In this document: one piece after another, positions 36,863 to 49,200 of the stretch
Layout: each line of letters begins with the position of its first letter
Position numbering within the stretch: position 1 is the stretch's first letter
Assembly: GCA_043228905.1 (NCBI GenBank)
Contig: JBHGNT010000009.1
Span: forward strand, 11,284,001 to 11,348,000
Source: Azolla caroliniana
Lineage: Eukaryota > Plantae > Polypodiophyta
DNA length: 64,000 bases
Direction: 5' to 3'
Notes under the pieces: generated by a model
The model's input: only the letters and a program-made list of their open reading frames with translations
Databases searched by the model: none
Told to the model about the DNA's origin: nothing
Translations under genes and position numbers: made by a program

Positions 36863-37196
36863 GGTAGTTGACATGCACCTCCTCAAGACCACCACATATC
36901 CCTAGAATCGGCCAAGTAATGGCTAATTAAAGAGAAAAGTGGCATAGGTAAGTGACATATACCTCGTCAAGGCCACATCATCCCTTAGAATCGGCCACTT
37001 GATGGCTAATTAAAAAGGAAAGTGGCATATGTAAGCTACATATACCTTGTCAAGGCCACAACATCCCATAGAATCGGCCAATTGATGGCTTAATAGAGAG
37101 TAGAGTGGCATAGGTAGGCAACATACACCTCGTCAAGGCCACATCATCCCTTAGAATCGGCCAAGTGATGGCTCAATAGAGGGGAAGAGTGGTATA
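36863..37196. repeat. 83-bp tandem repeat (4 copies) in the 5' leader of the chromovirus, followed by a 119-bp-period duplication (37206-~37400)
   Basis: TAGAATCGGCCA starts at 36903, 36986, 37069 and 37152. Confidence 0.9.
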
Positions 37197-39559
37197 CTCA
37201 ACATCATATGCAAAACGGCCATGAGATAAGCGTGTGCGATTAGAGCAAACACGCTCGACCCAATGCACAAGAATAATTATTATCGTAAGAGTTCAAGAGA
37301 GGAGAGAGTGGGATATATATCGCAATATGCAAAAGGCCATGAGTTGAGCGTGTGCGATTAGTGCAAACACGCTCGGCCCGATGCATAATAATAAGTAAAA
37401 TCGTAGCGTAGTAGGAGGTAGAAAGAAAGAGAATAAAACGTAATACCAATTTGATTCGACCATAAAGAACGCATAATAGAAAAAGAGAAGAGATCAAAAA
37501 AGAAGAATACCGGGTTTAGAGTGTTGTTTTGATCCTGAGAAGAGCATGACGAGCCTTGTTAGATCCCCCTCGCTCACACGCAAAAAACATCAAAACAACA
37601 AAAAAATTGTTAGTAAAAGCTCTGATACCACTGTTAAGAGTCTATTACTAATCAATAGACCAAATCAAGTAAAAAGGAAGAAAATAGATTGGATAGAAGA
37701 ACCCGTTCCACCCGACCACCCCCGAGCTATGATCTAGACATAGCCAACATACCACCGACGTCCCATACCGCCGGATATTAGGATGACTAATACCTTGGAA
37801 GAGATAAACACGATCGTCGAGACGGAAAGCCTAGCCCGCACCACCGGTGTCTACGACAGCAGCCTTCCGACGTGATGATCTCTATGAGGGTAGCTAAGCC
37901 TCATATTTATACCTTTTCCTAGGCCCCTTGAATAGATGTGCCTTTCTAAAAGGCTCTCTATTCATTGGTTGTCTAAATCATGATAGTGCATGCACATATC
38001 ATTCATTCTATCCAATCATTAGTCCCCTTTTTAATAATAGTGAACATACCCTTCACTAATGTAAATATTAGTGACCTACCCTCACCAACGTTATGTGTAC
38101 ATAACATACTCCCCAAAACGCAAAGGGCTGCATACGTATATTGCAAAGAATGCGACCTTTGCCAATGTATGGGCCAACCTACGGAGTTGGCATTGATGCC
38201 TCATCAACCGGTACTCCCACTCAAACCATTCCAAAAATGGGACCTCGACTTCGTCGAACCCTTTACTCCAGCCGCAACCTGCATTGGAAACAAATATATC
38301 CGAGTGGCCACGAACTATTGTACGAAATGGATAGAGGCAAAAGCGTTGCGCAACAACACTGCAGCTTCCCTGACCAAATTCTTGTATGAGCACATTTGGT
38401 GTCGTTTTGGTTGTCCTATCGAGCTCATCAGCAATCAAGGAAGCCATTTTTTGAATACGGTCATCCAGGATCTCACCAAACATTACACAGTAGTTCATAA
38501 GAAAAGCATGTTGCATTATCCATAGACCAATGGTCTCGTGGAGTCGCCGAATAAAACACTCCAGAATATCTTGAAAAAGATCGTCAACAACAACCACACG
38601 GATTGGGACACAAAGTTGCACAGCGCCCTATGGGCATACCGCACGAGCTTCAAAACCAATGCCTAATCAACACCATTCTGACTGGCCTTTGGACTAGAAG
38701 TTGTAATTCTTGTAGAGTTTAAGGTACCGAGTTTACACATACAGGTTCATGAACACCTTTCGAAGAGACAGTTCGAACAAATCCGCTTACAACAACTACT
38801 CGAACTGGGCGAAGACAGAGTCCACAACATGGCAATTTTGGAGCAAGAGCAACGGCGGTGGAAAGCATTCGTTAACTGGCACTGCGGCACCAACGCGAAG
38901 TACTTTGAGATGGGAAAAGAGGTTCTTGTATTCCAAACTCGTATGGGACAGATGCCGGGGAAACTGTGTTTCCACTTTAGTGGTTCGTACTAGATAGTAG
39001 GAGTCTAAAATGAAACATTCGTACTGGGCACCCTTGCAGGGGAAGTACTATACCGGAATTTCAATGGGTTCCAACTAAAGCCATATTGGGGTCCCACACC
39101 ACCCAACCTTTTCCGTGCCAAGGCTGACAATCAGACCACTTCCTCGATGGAGGCGGAGGGAAACAGGCACTAATAGGGCCCACTTGTAAACATATGTAAC
39201 GATTAATGTACCATATGGCCAGCCATAACTGTTAGGTTTGAAATGGAAAAAAGAAAAAGAAAAAAGAGAGAAGGAAAATCACGATTATTAAAAGGAGCAC
39301 ATGCATGCACACTTTCCAAGAAAGGGAGAACACACGTCCACACGATGGCTAGCAGAATCTTGAACACTAACTCCTCATCTTCACAAAAAGAAGAAACATG
39401 TCACTTACTTGCACATTTCGGAAAACACTCCCAAGCTTTCTGCTCTTCTCGCTCTCCTCGCTCCCTTCACTCCCCTCGCTCTCAACGTCCCCCTCGCTCA
39501 CCTAGCCATCACAGAAAATCAATCTTGCGAACCTTGCCTCCTAGTCGTTCCCCTCGATC

Positions 39560-41420
39560 AGCTCGACCAGACGACATGACGATAGATATGTCACCTGCTT
39601 TGCGGCGATAGTTACACGACAAGGGCCTCGAAGGTTACATTCGGGTAATAGAAGCTCCACTCCACCCAGATGCCCAAGATGTGGCAAAAAAACTCAACAA
39701 CAACACAATCACAAACGCCAGCATCAGGAAAAGTTGGGCATGTCTGGAACTGGCAAACGTCACTTCGAAATCCCTCCGACAAGAATTCTCGAACGATACT
39801 TCGGGGAATATTCAACCTCAACAAAAGCATGCAAAATTTGGGAGGTACCTAACCCATTCTTTCACGAAGTGGCAAAGTTTTTATTGGAAGTAGGGTGCGT
39901 ACATACCAGTGCCTGCGGGATGCCAAACCAGAAAGCGGGTATTGTCATCGCTACGTTCAGGGGTCAGGCCATTGACTAGGGAGTCATCACGAGGTTAGCG
40001 CTGTGAGAAGGCCTGCACGCGTTTTAGGTCGGGAAAAAGTTTCGCCCCATCATCCACGCATTAACGGACAAGACAAAATGGGTTACTAAGCCAGCCAAAT
40101 CCAAGATCAATTGCCTTAGGTCGGAACTCTACCAGTCTTCGGACAGGGAAGTGGACATTCAAGTGAAAAGACGCAAGGCGGTGAAGGTAGTGCAAGACAA
40201 GCTTGATGCCGAAGTAGCCGTGCATGGCCGAACAAAGGTCGAGCTAAACACACTCAATGAGGAGGGAACCAAGAAAGAAGGAACCATCACGGCGTTAAGA
40301 GACGTGGCACAAAAAAGGCAGGTGTGGTATAATGAATAACTCGAGCACGAGCGCCAAAAGACCAGAGATGTCAAAATATGCCTCAACAATTAGATGGGCC
40401 GACTAAAGGGATTCCATGAGAAGGAGTCTCAGATATGGTCACAAATGAAAATGCATTATGATGAAGTAGAGACAGTCAACAAAGGCAAAATCGAAAACCT
40501 CAAAATCTCTTGAGGTTTTGCAAGCCCACACTCACTTTAACACAAAACGAGATCGGTTTACGACCCAACTCCAAGTTGCCATGGATAGAGGTTGGGCCGG
40601 ATGGGCGAAACAGGCAGAGGAACTCCACACTTATAAGGCGGATTGGGAGAATCGGTGAAAGGATGGGAAAGGTTTTTACAAGTTGAGCGAGGATAACATC
40701 GCTATGGTCCGAGAAGACCTGACGCAGGACTACCAGGCCTTGGCCGACCACCACACCGAGGAAATAACGCAGCTATTAGAAGATTTCGGTGAAAGCCAGG
40801 AGGAGATGTTACGCCGACATCAATCGTGAACAACAAAGAGTGGAGGATACGAAAAAGGCGGAGGCCATCATCCTTCCGGATAGCGACTCTGCGGAGTAGC
40901 ACGAGAGTCCGCATGAGCAAGAGGAAGCTCCGGAGGTCACTATGGCACCCACGCCAACTAAAGTTCCCCACACCCGACAGCTACTACGAAAGAAGGACCT
41001 CAAGAGGAATCACTGTTGGATGCCTTCGCATCGCAACCGCCAGACTCTGCGGAGCAGCACCACAGTCCGCATGACCAAGAGGAAGCCCCAAAGGTCACTA
41101 CAACACCCGTGCCCAACGAAATTTCCCACACCTCGGCAGCTGCCACAGAAGAGGAACCTCGGGAGGAACCACAACCATACATCTTCACACCACAATCGAC
41201 AAAGTTACAAAGTGAGCCTGACTATACTTCCGTAGGCGCGGACGAAGAAATACGGGTAGAACCAACGACGGAGGCACTACGGGAGGATGTGACGGCCGAC
41301 CAACAGGAGGGAGAGGCGCATGCCGTAGAGGACACAGTACGGGGACCACAACTAGAGCCGGAGAAGTTTGTGCCCAACCACGCTACGTCACCAACCATCA
41401 CAACGAACAACGAGGACTGA
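39560..41420 (+). pseudogene. Decayed extra ORF between integrase and the 3' LTR of the host gypsy (coiled-coil-like part and acidic Pro/Thr-rich repeats)
   Basis: Coding-like fragments (39681-39893, 40151-40339, 41016-41420) and a 158-bp-period duplication at 40885/41043; no domain recognised. Confidence 0.45.
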
Positions 41421-41511
41421 CCAGAACCCAATATCCTCGATATTTTTTACGAAGAGTAATGAAGGACAAGGGGTCCGACGTGCAATGGCACTGTCCCACA
41501 TGCGTTATTGG

Positions 41512-42003
41512 TGTTGTCCGCCTCTGTCGAAGTAGTGGGAAACGATGTAAAGAACAAAGGGAGACTAGGGGATAAGCGTAGCCTCGTAATAATGGAAGTG
41601 TTAGGAAGTATAAATGCATGTAACGCTCCACGCACTGAGAGTAACAGTCCAAGTCATGTATATATAAAGGGCATGGAAACACTGTAAGGGGGGGTGTAGT
41701 ATTTTTGTAACTTTGGAATATAGTTGTGTTTGTCTTTCTGAACTGGGTGTCTATGCTAACCTTATGTATGTGTGGAGGTGGTAATTAAGCGTGTCTGTGT
41801 AAAGAGCGACGTCACGATACGAAGGAGTTTAGTTGTAGCTGTTTCCTGTACAACACTTCTTCCCTCGCTTATACCCCTGCGGCATAAAGATTAGGCATAG
41901 CAACTGGTCTAGACCTTTTATGCTCTCCATTCCGTGTATTGCAATCTTCTGGAGCCGTACCTCGAAGGATTGAGGGTAGGCCGTGTTAACCTAGTCGGTA
42001 ACA
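41512..42003 (+). repeat. 3' LTR of the host gypsy (right end blurred by a junction duplication)
   Basis: Direct repeat of 16747-17141. Confidence 0.85.
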
Positions 42004-42246
42004 ACAAGGAACTGAGGAGATGGTTCACGTGCAAAGAGAAGGGGAAGAAGAAGATGTCAGAATACGCCACCGACAGAGACGAGTCGGATCGGAAACGAAT
42101 CTGACTCCGGAAGGAACGAAGTCGGTAACAACAAGGAACCGAGGAGATGGTTCACGTGCAAAGAGAAGGGGAAGAAGAAGATGTCGGAATACGCCACCGA
42201 CAGAGACGAGTCGGATCGGAGAGAATCCGACTCCAGAAGGTACGGA
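41994..42246 (+). repeat. 127-bp tandem duplication spanning the LTR/copia-B junction
   Basis: GTCGGTAACAACAAGGAAC…GAAGG occurs at 41994 and 42121. Confidence 0.88.
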
Positions 42247-43137
42247 GACGAACCTTCAAGAACGAAGTATTAAAACATTGTGATGATTTTTTGCACAACA
42301 TCGTATATAAGCCTACAAATTGATGCAAGTGGGGATGTTCTTTGTGCACAAACATAATGAGATTGAACCGTTATTAAAAATGATTGGTGAACTCATGTGT
42401 TTCGAAACATGTCCTAAAGCTCGATTAAGTGAGTTAACGTTGATGTGCCTATAGATGATAATTCAAGACAAGTACTAAAAAGGCAGCACGATGTATTTAT
42501 GTCCTTGGATATGTAAACTCATGTGTATAGTGTAGACTTAATAAACATGAATAGGGCGAAACATAGGATGATGTATGGGATGGTAAAAGGCAATTACAAG
42601 AAAATTTGAAACAAACTAGAAAGACAAATATTGTAATTAGAAAAACAAAAAGTAGGTGTTTGTGAAACAATCATGTGCTAAGGCAATAAGCCCTAGGGTG
42701 GTAGCCATGCCTTAGTGCCAGCCTTGGCAGCCCACTAAGGTGACCAAGAGGCGAGGGTGGTACAACCAACATAATATGAAATAGGTTTATGAGTGGAGCA
42801 TATGCATTAGTGTGAACATGCTCAACCCCATGCACAATGGTTAGTATCATTATCACAAATTCATATGACTTAAAAAATGTTATGCAAGCATCAAGAGGAA
42901 AGAAAAAGGAGAAATTGCAACGCAAACCTCTTTAAACCAAAAGTAAATCATCATAGAAAAGGTGAGAGAACAAGAATGAATATTTCCATCTTCTAGAATT
43001 AAACTCTTACATTTTGAACCTATTTGTCAAGTCAAGGCCAAATGAACAGATAAACGTACTGATTTTGTCACCTAGGAACGAGAGCATACTCTTAACACAT
43101 AATTTCCCCACTTTAAATCACGCATCAATATTTTCAA

Positions 43138-43296
43138 GCATAATGTAGGTGAGGGTAAGTCATGAATATTTATGAAACATAAGTGAATGGTATGTTTAGT
43201 AATATTAGAAAGGGGCTTATGTGATTGGATAGAGGAAATGATAGGTGCATGCAATATCGTGATCTTGAAAACCAATGAATGGAGAGTCTTTTAGAA
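43138..43296 (+). repeat. Diverged LTR fragment of the 31003-38101 chromovirus family, opposite orientation
   Basis: Reverse complement aligns by eye to ~31313-31465 (TTCTAAAAG…ATTCATTGGTT…TGCATGCAC…CTATCCAATCA…ACCCTCACC). Confidence 0.75.
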
Positions 43297-43304
43297 AAAC
43301 CATA

Positions 43305-44050
43305 TCTTTTCTTTTTCTTCTTTTCCAAAAAAAAAACTCCTTCCATTAGTTATAAAATTTTGCAAATGAGACGATTATGTACAAATCCCTGAAGGGACAC
43401 GATAGTTCCATCATATGTGGATGCCCACTGACTCAAGAAAGGGAGAGGACGACCATTGTTGGATGAAGGCTATTCGTTGTCTTTCAACTCCCTCGGAGCT
43501 GCCCGTAAGGCCATCATATTGGCTCTTCAGAGTGGCTACAATTTCACTCCTTATCTCTTGCAATAACCTTGTTGGATGTGCGGTTTAGTTGGAGAAGACT
43601 CACCTACATCATTGTTTCCATAGAATCCAAAGGGTTATTGGGCTAACCAATTCCAACACCTCTTGAGGTTTGTCATTAAGAGGAATGGAGTGGACATTAC
43701 TGCTGGAGGAGAAAATGACCTCTTGTCATCCCCTCCTCCTTATGCTCGTATCGGCCAATTGCAGCCTGCCATGATAGCCAACATATATTTCCCCACTTGA
43801 TTAAACCTTGCACCTGGCATAATTGCAACAAGCGGCCAACCCTCCGCCATATTCGATGGGACATTGGGCAGTCCCATAGAGCATGTCGTATGGATTCTAC
43901 TGCATGTGGGCACTCTACACAATTAGGAAAGCTAAGGTTCCCACGTTACCATGCTCCCACCGGTAGGGACTTATGTATTAATAGCCATTGGAAAGTGGTA
44001 ATTCACCTCACGTTGTCGCGAAAATACGACGAGGACACATGAACTTGAGG
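43305..44050 (-). mobile_element. 5'-truncated L1-type LINE (ORF2 C-terminal zinc-finger region), degenerate
   Basis: Manual translation FQWLLIHKSLPVGAW*…NCVECPHAVESIRHALWDCPMSHRIW and LWILWKQ*CR*VFS; A-rich tail-like tract at 43305-43324. Confidence 0.75.
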
Positions 44051-44218
44051 CAGGACCCCGGGGCCTCCGACCAGAGGATATGACATTCATGTGTTTATAC
44101 TTTTAACAATTAAGAGAAATAAGAAATTTAATAATTTTCATTAACAAAGGAAAAGAAATTACAATATGTCCCAAGATTGGGATTTAGAAGTTTAGGTTTA
44201 CTAAGTTTAATAGAAAAG

Positions 44219-44392
44219 AAAATTTAGGGGTTTTGAGAGATATGGCTTCCGTAGGGAAAATTAGGGTCTTACGCTTCTGTAAGGAAATTAGAGTTTATGA
44301 GAGATATGGCTTCCGTAAGGAAAATTAGGGTTTATGACTTCTGTAGGGAAATTTAGGGTTTATGGCTTCCATAAGGAAAATTAGGGTTTATG
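44219..44392. repeat. Degenerate ~28-36 bp tandem repeat containing TTAGGGTTT (about 6 units)
   Basis: Consensus AAAATTAGGGTTTATGGCTTCYGTARGG seen directly. Confidence 0.8.
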
Positions 44393-44679
44393 AGTGTTAT
44401 GGCTCTGTGAGATAAGGGAACCAAGAAGGAAAAGAAAATAAAATGGAGAGAGAGGATGAGTGTAGGAAAAAAAAGGAATTTATATGCAGTTCTCCGTTGA
44501 TCATAGCCGTCAATGTTACTTTGCATGCCCACTTTTAGTTGCATGGCTTTTTCTTTTAGTTGCATGCGACCGTCCACATGGCCTTTAGTTTACTTTCCTT
44601 TCCTTTACTTTCCTTTCCTTTACTTTAATTAGCCACATGATCCTATCAACTGTCCATCCAATCCGTTCGGTCTGCGTTC

Positions 44680-44892
44680 GTCTAGTTCGGTTCCGGTTTG
44701 ATGACCAGCCAGTTTCGGTTTGATTGCCGGCCGGTTCTGGTTCACTGTTCGGCCAATTCCGGTTTGCTTATTGGCCGAGTCCGGTTTGGTTTCCGGCTTA
44801 CCGACCGGTTTCGAATTGATTTCCAGCCGATTCCGGTTCGCTTACCGGCCAGTTCCATTTTGATTGCCGGCCAGTTCCGGTTTGCTTGCCGG
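44680..44892. repeat. Degenerate CCGG-rich ~19-21 bp tandem repeat, continued at 56829-56990 beyond the inserted Ty3
   Basis: Units like CCGGCCAGTTCCGGTTTGCTTA on both sides of the insertion. Confidence 0.78.
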
Positions 44893-46293
44893 TGTCGCGT
44901 TGTTATGCGCGAGCGTGGAGAACAAGGCGGGACCACGGGGGCCTTGGACCGAGAAATAACCGAATGAGAAGAGGGGAAGGAAACCACCGATGTACTTCAC
45001 ACGGGCTCAGACACACGGATTCGCATGAGTTGCAACTAACTCTGAACAATGGAGACAGAACGAATGTATATGTATATATAAATCAAGGAGTTACAACTGG
45101 CAAGCTGGCGAGTGATAGGCTCTAACGCCTGCACAAACACACACGCGCGCACACACGCACATAACGCGAGTTGGAGACTCTGCCGGAAGCACTCGGGCGT
45201 TCCGCGGAGCAGAGTCAGCCTCCCGAAAACCTACACAGAACGACTATGGAGACGACAGAGGAGAAGAGCTCGGTTCCAGTCCGGCAGCACTTCGTCCTCC
45301 ACAAAACACAATCTCTTTACAATACCTCTCCCTCTCATTTATAGCCCAAGGAGGGAGGCTGTTACCACCCGTTACATCATGTTTATTCCCTGTCCTAAAT
45401 GCCTCGATTTTTTCTCCCTAATGAATGTGTGCTACCTAGGATTTCACCTCAGCGACTTGTACCTATCTACTTACTATACAACAAAACTTGTGCCCACATG
45501 TAAGGACCGTTTTATACACGTTATACCCGGTTTCCGCCTAGGGACGGTTTTCTCCACGACATCCACCCCCACCTAACCGCGCATCCACCGGTATGCGCCA
45601 AAATGAGACTCTTGCCGGAGAAGAGCGGCCCACGCTTATCCTTCGTTTTCCGGATCGACATCCGTTCCGAGCCGATCATTGTCGCTGTCCAGGTCGTCTG
45701 GGGCCGGTTCAGCCTCGTGCCGCTTTTTGAATGCTTTGATCCTTTTCCTTGCCACCGGTACCGCCATCCTTGTCCCATCGAGCTCCACGAGATGGTAGGT
45801 CGCATTGTCATTGGCACTTGTCACCACATAAGGCCCGAACCACCTTCTTGCAAACTTTCGCATTGCCCTGTGCTGCTTGTCGAGGCTGCTGTCATACACT
45901 AGAACCCAGTCGCCTTCCTTGATCTTCTTCGGTCTCAGTCGGTGAGTCCGGTTGAACCGTCCTTTGTTCTTTACCCTCGTCACCCGTAGCTTCTCCACGA
46001 CTCAGTCCACGTCCTCCGGTCTTCGCTCCAGCTGCCGAATCCGTGCCGCTAACAGCTCCTCCCAACTCATCTCGTCTTTCCAGTCCACCGTGGCCCATGA
46101 GGAGATTGTCTGCTCCGTTGGCATGATTTGCTTCTGCTTGTATAGTAGCTCTGCCGGCATGAACCTGGTTACCGAACTATGCGTAGTTCGGTCCGCCCAC
46201 AACACATCGGGTAAGAGCCGCGGCCAGTTCCCGACTTGGCCTCCACACGCCCGTACTAACGCTTTGATGATCGGCCCATGTCTGCGTTCCACC

Positions 46294-49200
46294 TGTTGGG
46301 GACAAAGTCGTCTATGCGGAAGATCAAGAAGCATTCGATTCTGTTCTGTACCTGCGTATGACAGTCTCTTGTTCGTTGCACAGAGAGAGAGAAAGAGAGA
46401 GAGAGAGAGACACACACACAAAAAACTCTTTATTCCAAATAGACAAGAATAATACAACACCCAACCTTACAAAAAGGTTACAAGGTCACTATATATAGTG
46501 ACCGACTTAGGGCAACTACCCTTTATGCTAATTACACAAATGGCCTAAAGGGATAGTGTGAATACGTCCATTATACACTTGTATTAGACACTCCCCCGTA
46601 ATGGGCGTATGCATGGGTTATCTAAGATTACAGGTATAAACTTAGGTTCTCGGACATATCAGTTTGTTCGAGTCGGCAGGGTCCGAAGGCAGAAGGCCGA
46701 ACTGGTCGGGTCGGAAGTGTCGAAGCCGATCATTAAGGAACTGATGTCGGTTGTCGGGAACCATCCTGTGCTGTGTCCGGCTCTAACCGGACTGGTTTGT
46801 CGTTACGCCCATCTGATGCCGAAGAGACCGAAAGCGGTCTGCCGAAAGACACTTGGTCATTCCATCTGCGACATTGTCGGTTGTGGATATTTTCTCTAGA
46901 CCGATTTTCCCTGAAATGACGCAGTCCCGAACGAAGTGATATCGAACGTCGATATGTTTGGAGGCGTTGTGGTGAACCGGATTTTTTGACAAGGCAACAG
47001 CACCTTGACTGTCGCTATAGACAACTGGAACCGAGTCATGGTCGACTTGTCGAAACGTGTGCGCCAGCCGACCGAGCCACAAAGCTTCTTTTGCTGCGTC
47101 GGACGCAGCTACATATTCTGCTTCGGTCGTTGAGGTCGTTGTGCACTCCTGAAGTTTCGACTTCCACGAGATTGCTCCATTGCCGAATTTGAAGCAGTAT
47201 CCGGTTGTTGATTTCCGACTGTCTATATAGCCGGCGAAGTCCGAGTCGGTGTAACCGACTACGCCTGAGGTTCAGTTCGGACCGAAAAGAATGCCGTGGT
47301 CTTTTGTGCCAGCCAGGTATCTGAACACATGCTTGACTGCGTTCCAATGCGATCGGCCAGGGTTATGCATAAATCTGCTAACGACTCCTACGGCATGAGA
47401 AATATCAGGCCGTGTCGCGACCATCAGGTACATAAGGGAGCCGACTGCCGGTGCATACGGTACCGACTTCATATCTTCCCCCTCCGAACCGGATGTCGGG
47501 CAGTCTCGCTGAGAGATCCGAAGATTCATGGGGAGCGGGGTTGAAGCAGATTTGGCTGATTGCATGTTGAAGCGTTCCAAGACACGTCCGATATAGTCGG
47601 TCTGAGACAAAAAAAGATGTCGTTTATCGCGATGCCGACTAATCTTCATGCCAAGGATGTGTCGTGCCGGACCGAGGTCCTTCATGGCAAACTTCAACCG
47701 CAGTTGCCGAATGAGATCGGCAAGTTCGCCCGCGTGGCGTCCAGAAATGAGCATGTCGTCCACGTAGATGATGAGGAAGATGGGTGATCCATCTTGAGCT
47801 GTGTTGGTAAAAAGACAATGGTCCTCATCGCTTTTTGAGAAGCCGATCGATTGGATGAAGTCGTCGAACTTCTTGTACCATTGTCGCGGTGCCTGTTTGA
47901 GGCCGTATAGACTCTTCCTGAGTCGGCAGACTAGATGTTCTTGGCCAGTTGCCACGAAGCCTTTTGGCTGCTCCATATAAATTTCCTCCTCGAGATCACC
48001 ATGGAGGAAGGCTGTTTTGACATCTAGCTGAATCAGCTCCAAGTTGTCGGCTGCCACTACGCCGAGTAGAAAACGAAGGGTTGTCATTTTCACCACTGGT
48101 GAAAAAATCTCGTCGAAGTCGACGCCATATTCTTGTCGGAAGCCCTTCGCAACTAATCTGGCCTTGTACTTTGGGGTGGTCGAATCAGACATCTCTTTTA
48201 GTCGATAAACCCACTTGCAAGGAAGAGCACGTCGGTTCCTAGGTAATTCGACCAGATCCCAAGTCTTGTTTGCCCGGATGGAGTGCATTTCCGACTCCTA
48301 CGCCAGATGCCAGGTGGCTGAATCGACAGATGTCGATGCTTCTTCGTAAGACGTCGGTTCGCCGGCGTCGGTGAAGAAAATTCCAGGAGAATACCTCTCC
48401 GGAGGTTGCGACAGTCTCTCGGATCGTCGAGGTATGATTGGACTGGTCGCATCGTGTATCGAGGTCGGATGGTCCGAAAGCGAATCATTCGGCTGTGCCG
48501 AGTCGGAGCTGTCCGAGTTGGGAGTGTAAGGTTCAGCTACCCGTGAAGCTGACCGTGTGTTAAGAGCGGGCCCTTCTTGAAGGGTCGGCACATCGGAAAA
48601 TGTTACCCTTCGGACTTCGATCGTTTTTTCGACTGATGGATTCATAGCCGACTCGTTGAACACAACGTCCTAACTTCGAACGATTTGTCTGCGTTCGGGG
48701 TCCCAGAGTCGGTATCCCATTTCGCCGTCTGATCCATATCCAAGGAAAATGCATTTCCTGGACCGAGGTGCAAGTTTTCGGCGATCATCTTTCGGAATGA
48801 GTGCGTACGCCTCGCATCCGAAGATCCTCAGCTTGTCGTAATTCGGCTTACTGCCGATCCATAGTTCCTGAGGAATTTGAAGTCCTAGAGGTCTACTTGG
48901 CGACATATTGATTATGTGTACTGCCGTGAGTAGAGCCTCTGCCCAGAAGCCATCCGACAGTCCGGAGTGTTGGAGCATGGAAACTATCCATTCTTGGATT
49001 GTCCGATTCATTCGTTCTGCAATCCCGTTTTGCTCCGGACTGTGTGGTGCCGTAAATTCACGTCGGATGCCGCGTTGTCGGCAGAATTTGACGAATTCTT
49101 CGGATTTGAACTCTCCCCCGTTGTCGGTCCGAAAGCATTTCAGTTTTCGGTCGGTTTGATTTTCTACCACAGCAAGCCAATCTGAGAAGATCGAGAAGAC

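Larger units (their letters stand above)
31003..38101 (-). mobile_element. Ty3/gypsy chromovirus (Tekay/Reina-type chromodomain), near full length, relatively young
   Basis: Near-identical LTRs 31003-31471 and 37632-38101; PBS TGGTATCAGAGC 37619-37630; PPT GAAGTAGGGGA; few coding lesions; no TSD found. Confidence 0.94.
16747..42003 (+). mobile_element. Non-chromovirus Ty3/gypsy retrotransposon (no chromodomain or archaeal-type RNaseH seen), degenerate, host of three further insertions
   Basis: LTRs 16747-17141 and 41512-~42003. PBS-like TGGCACACCTGGTG at 17146. Gag ~17470-18080 and 26845-27400, PR (IIDGGS), RT (FAWSHEDM…FLDGFSGYNQI), RNaseH (NYSTTEREAL), INT 30720-31002 and 38110-39170. Confidence 0.9.
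8708..42260 (+). mobile_element. Ty1/copia retrotransposon B, outermost host of the nest; own sequence 8708-10476, 15525-16746 and ~42004-42260; RT, RNaseH and 3' LTR not found
   Basis: LTR 8708-9156 plus PBS TGGTATCAGAGT. Reading continues across the insertions (…FTHLG|CFIEEKG and …LRK|PRRWFTCKEKGKKKMSEY), matching copia A HRKPKRRLTRKEKGKKKMPEY. Confidence 0.85.

Noticed and set aside
36863-37196. CRISPR-like array
   Set aside because: The whole 83-bp unit repeats with no unique spacers, there are no cas genes, and the context is a eukaryotic retroelement leader.
42270-43130. Possible continuation of the PPR gene or another host gene
   Set aside because: No convincing motif found in any frame; left unannotated.
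47272-48672. Stop-codon readthrough in copia E
   Set aside because: The stops fall inside conserved pol motifs (SRDVVF, WxxAMxxEM) rather than at a domain boundary with a readthrough context; treated as lesions.
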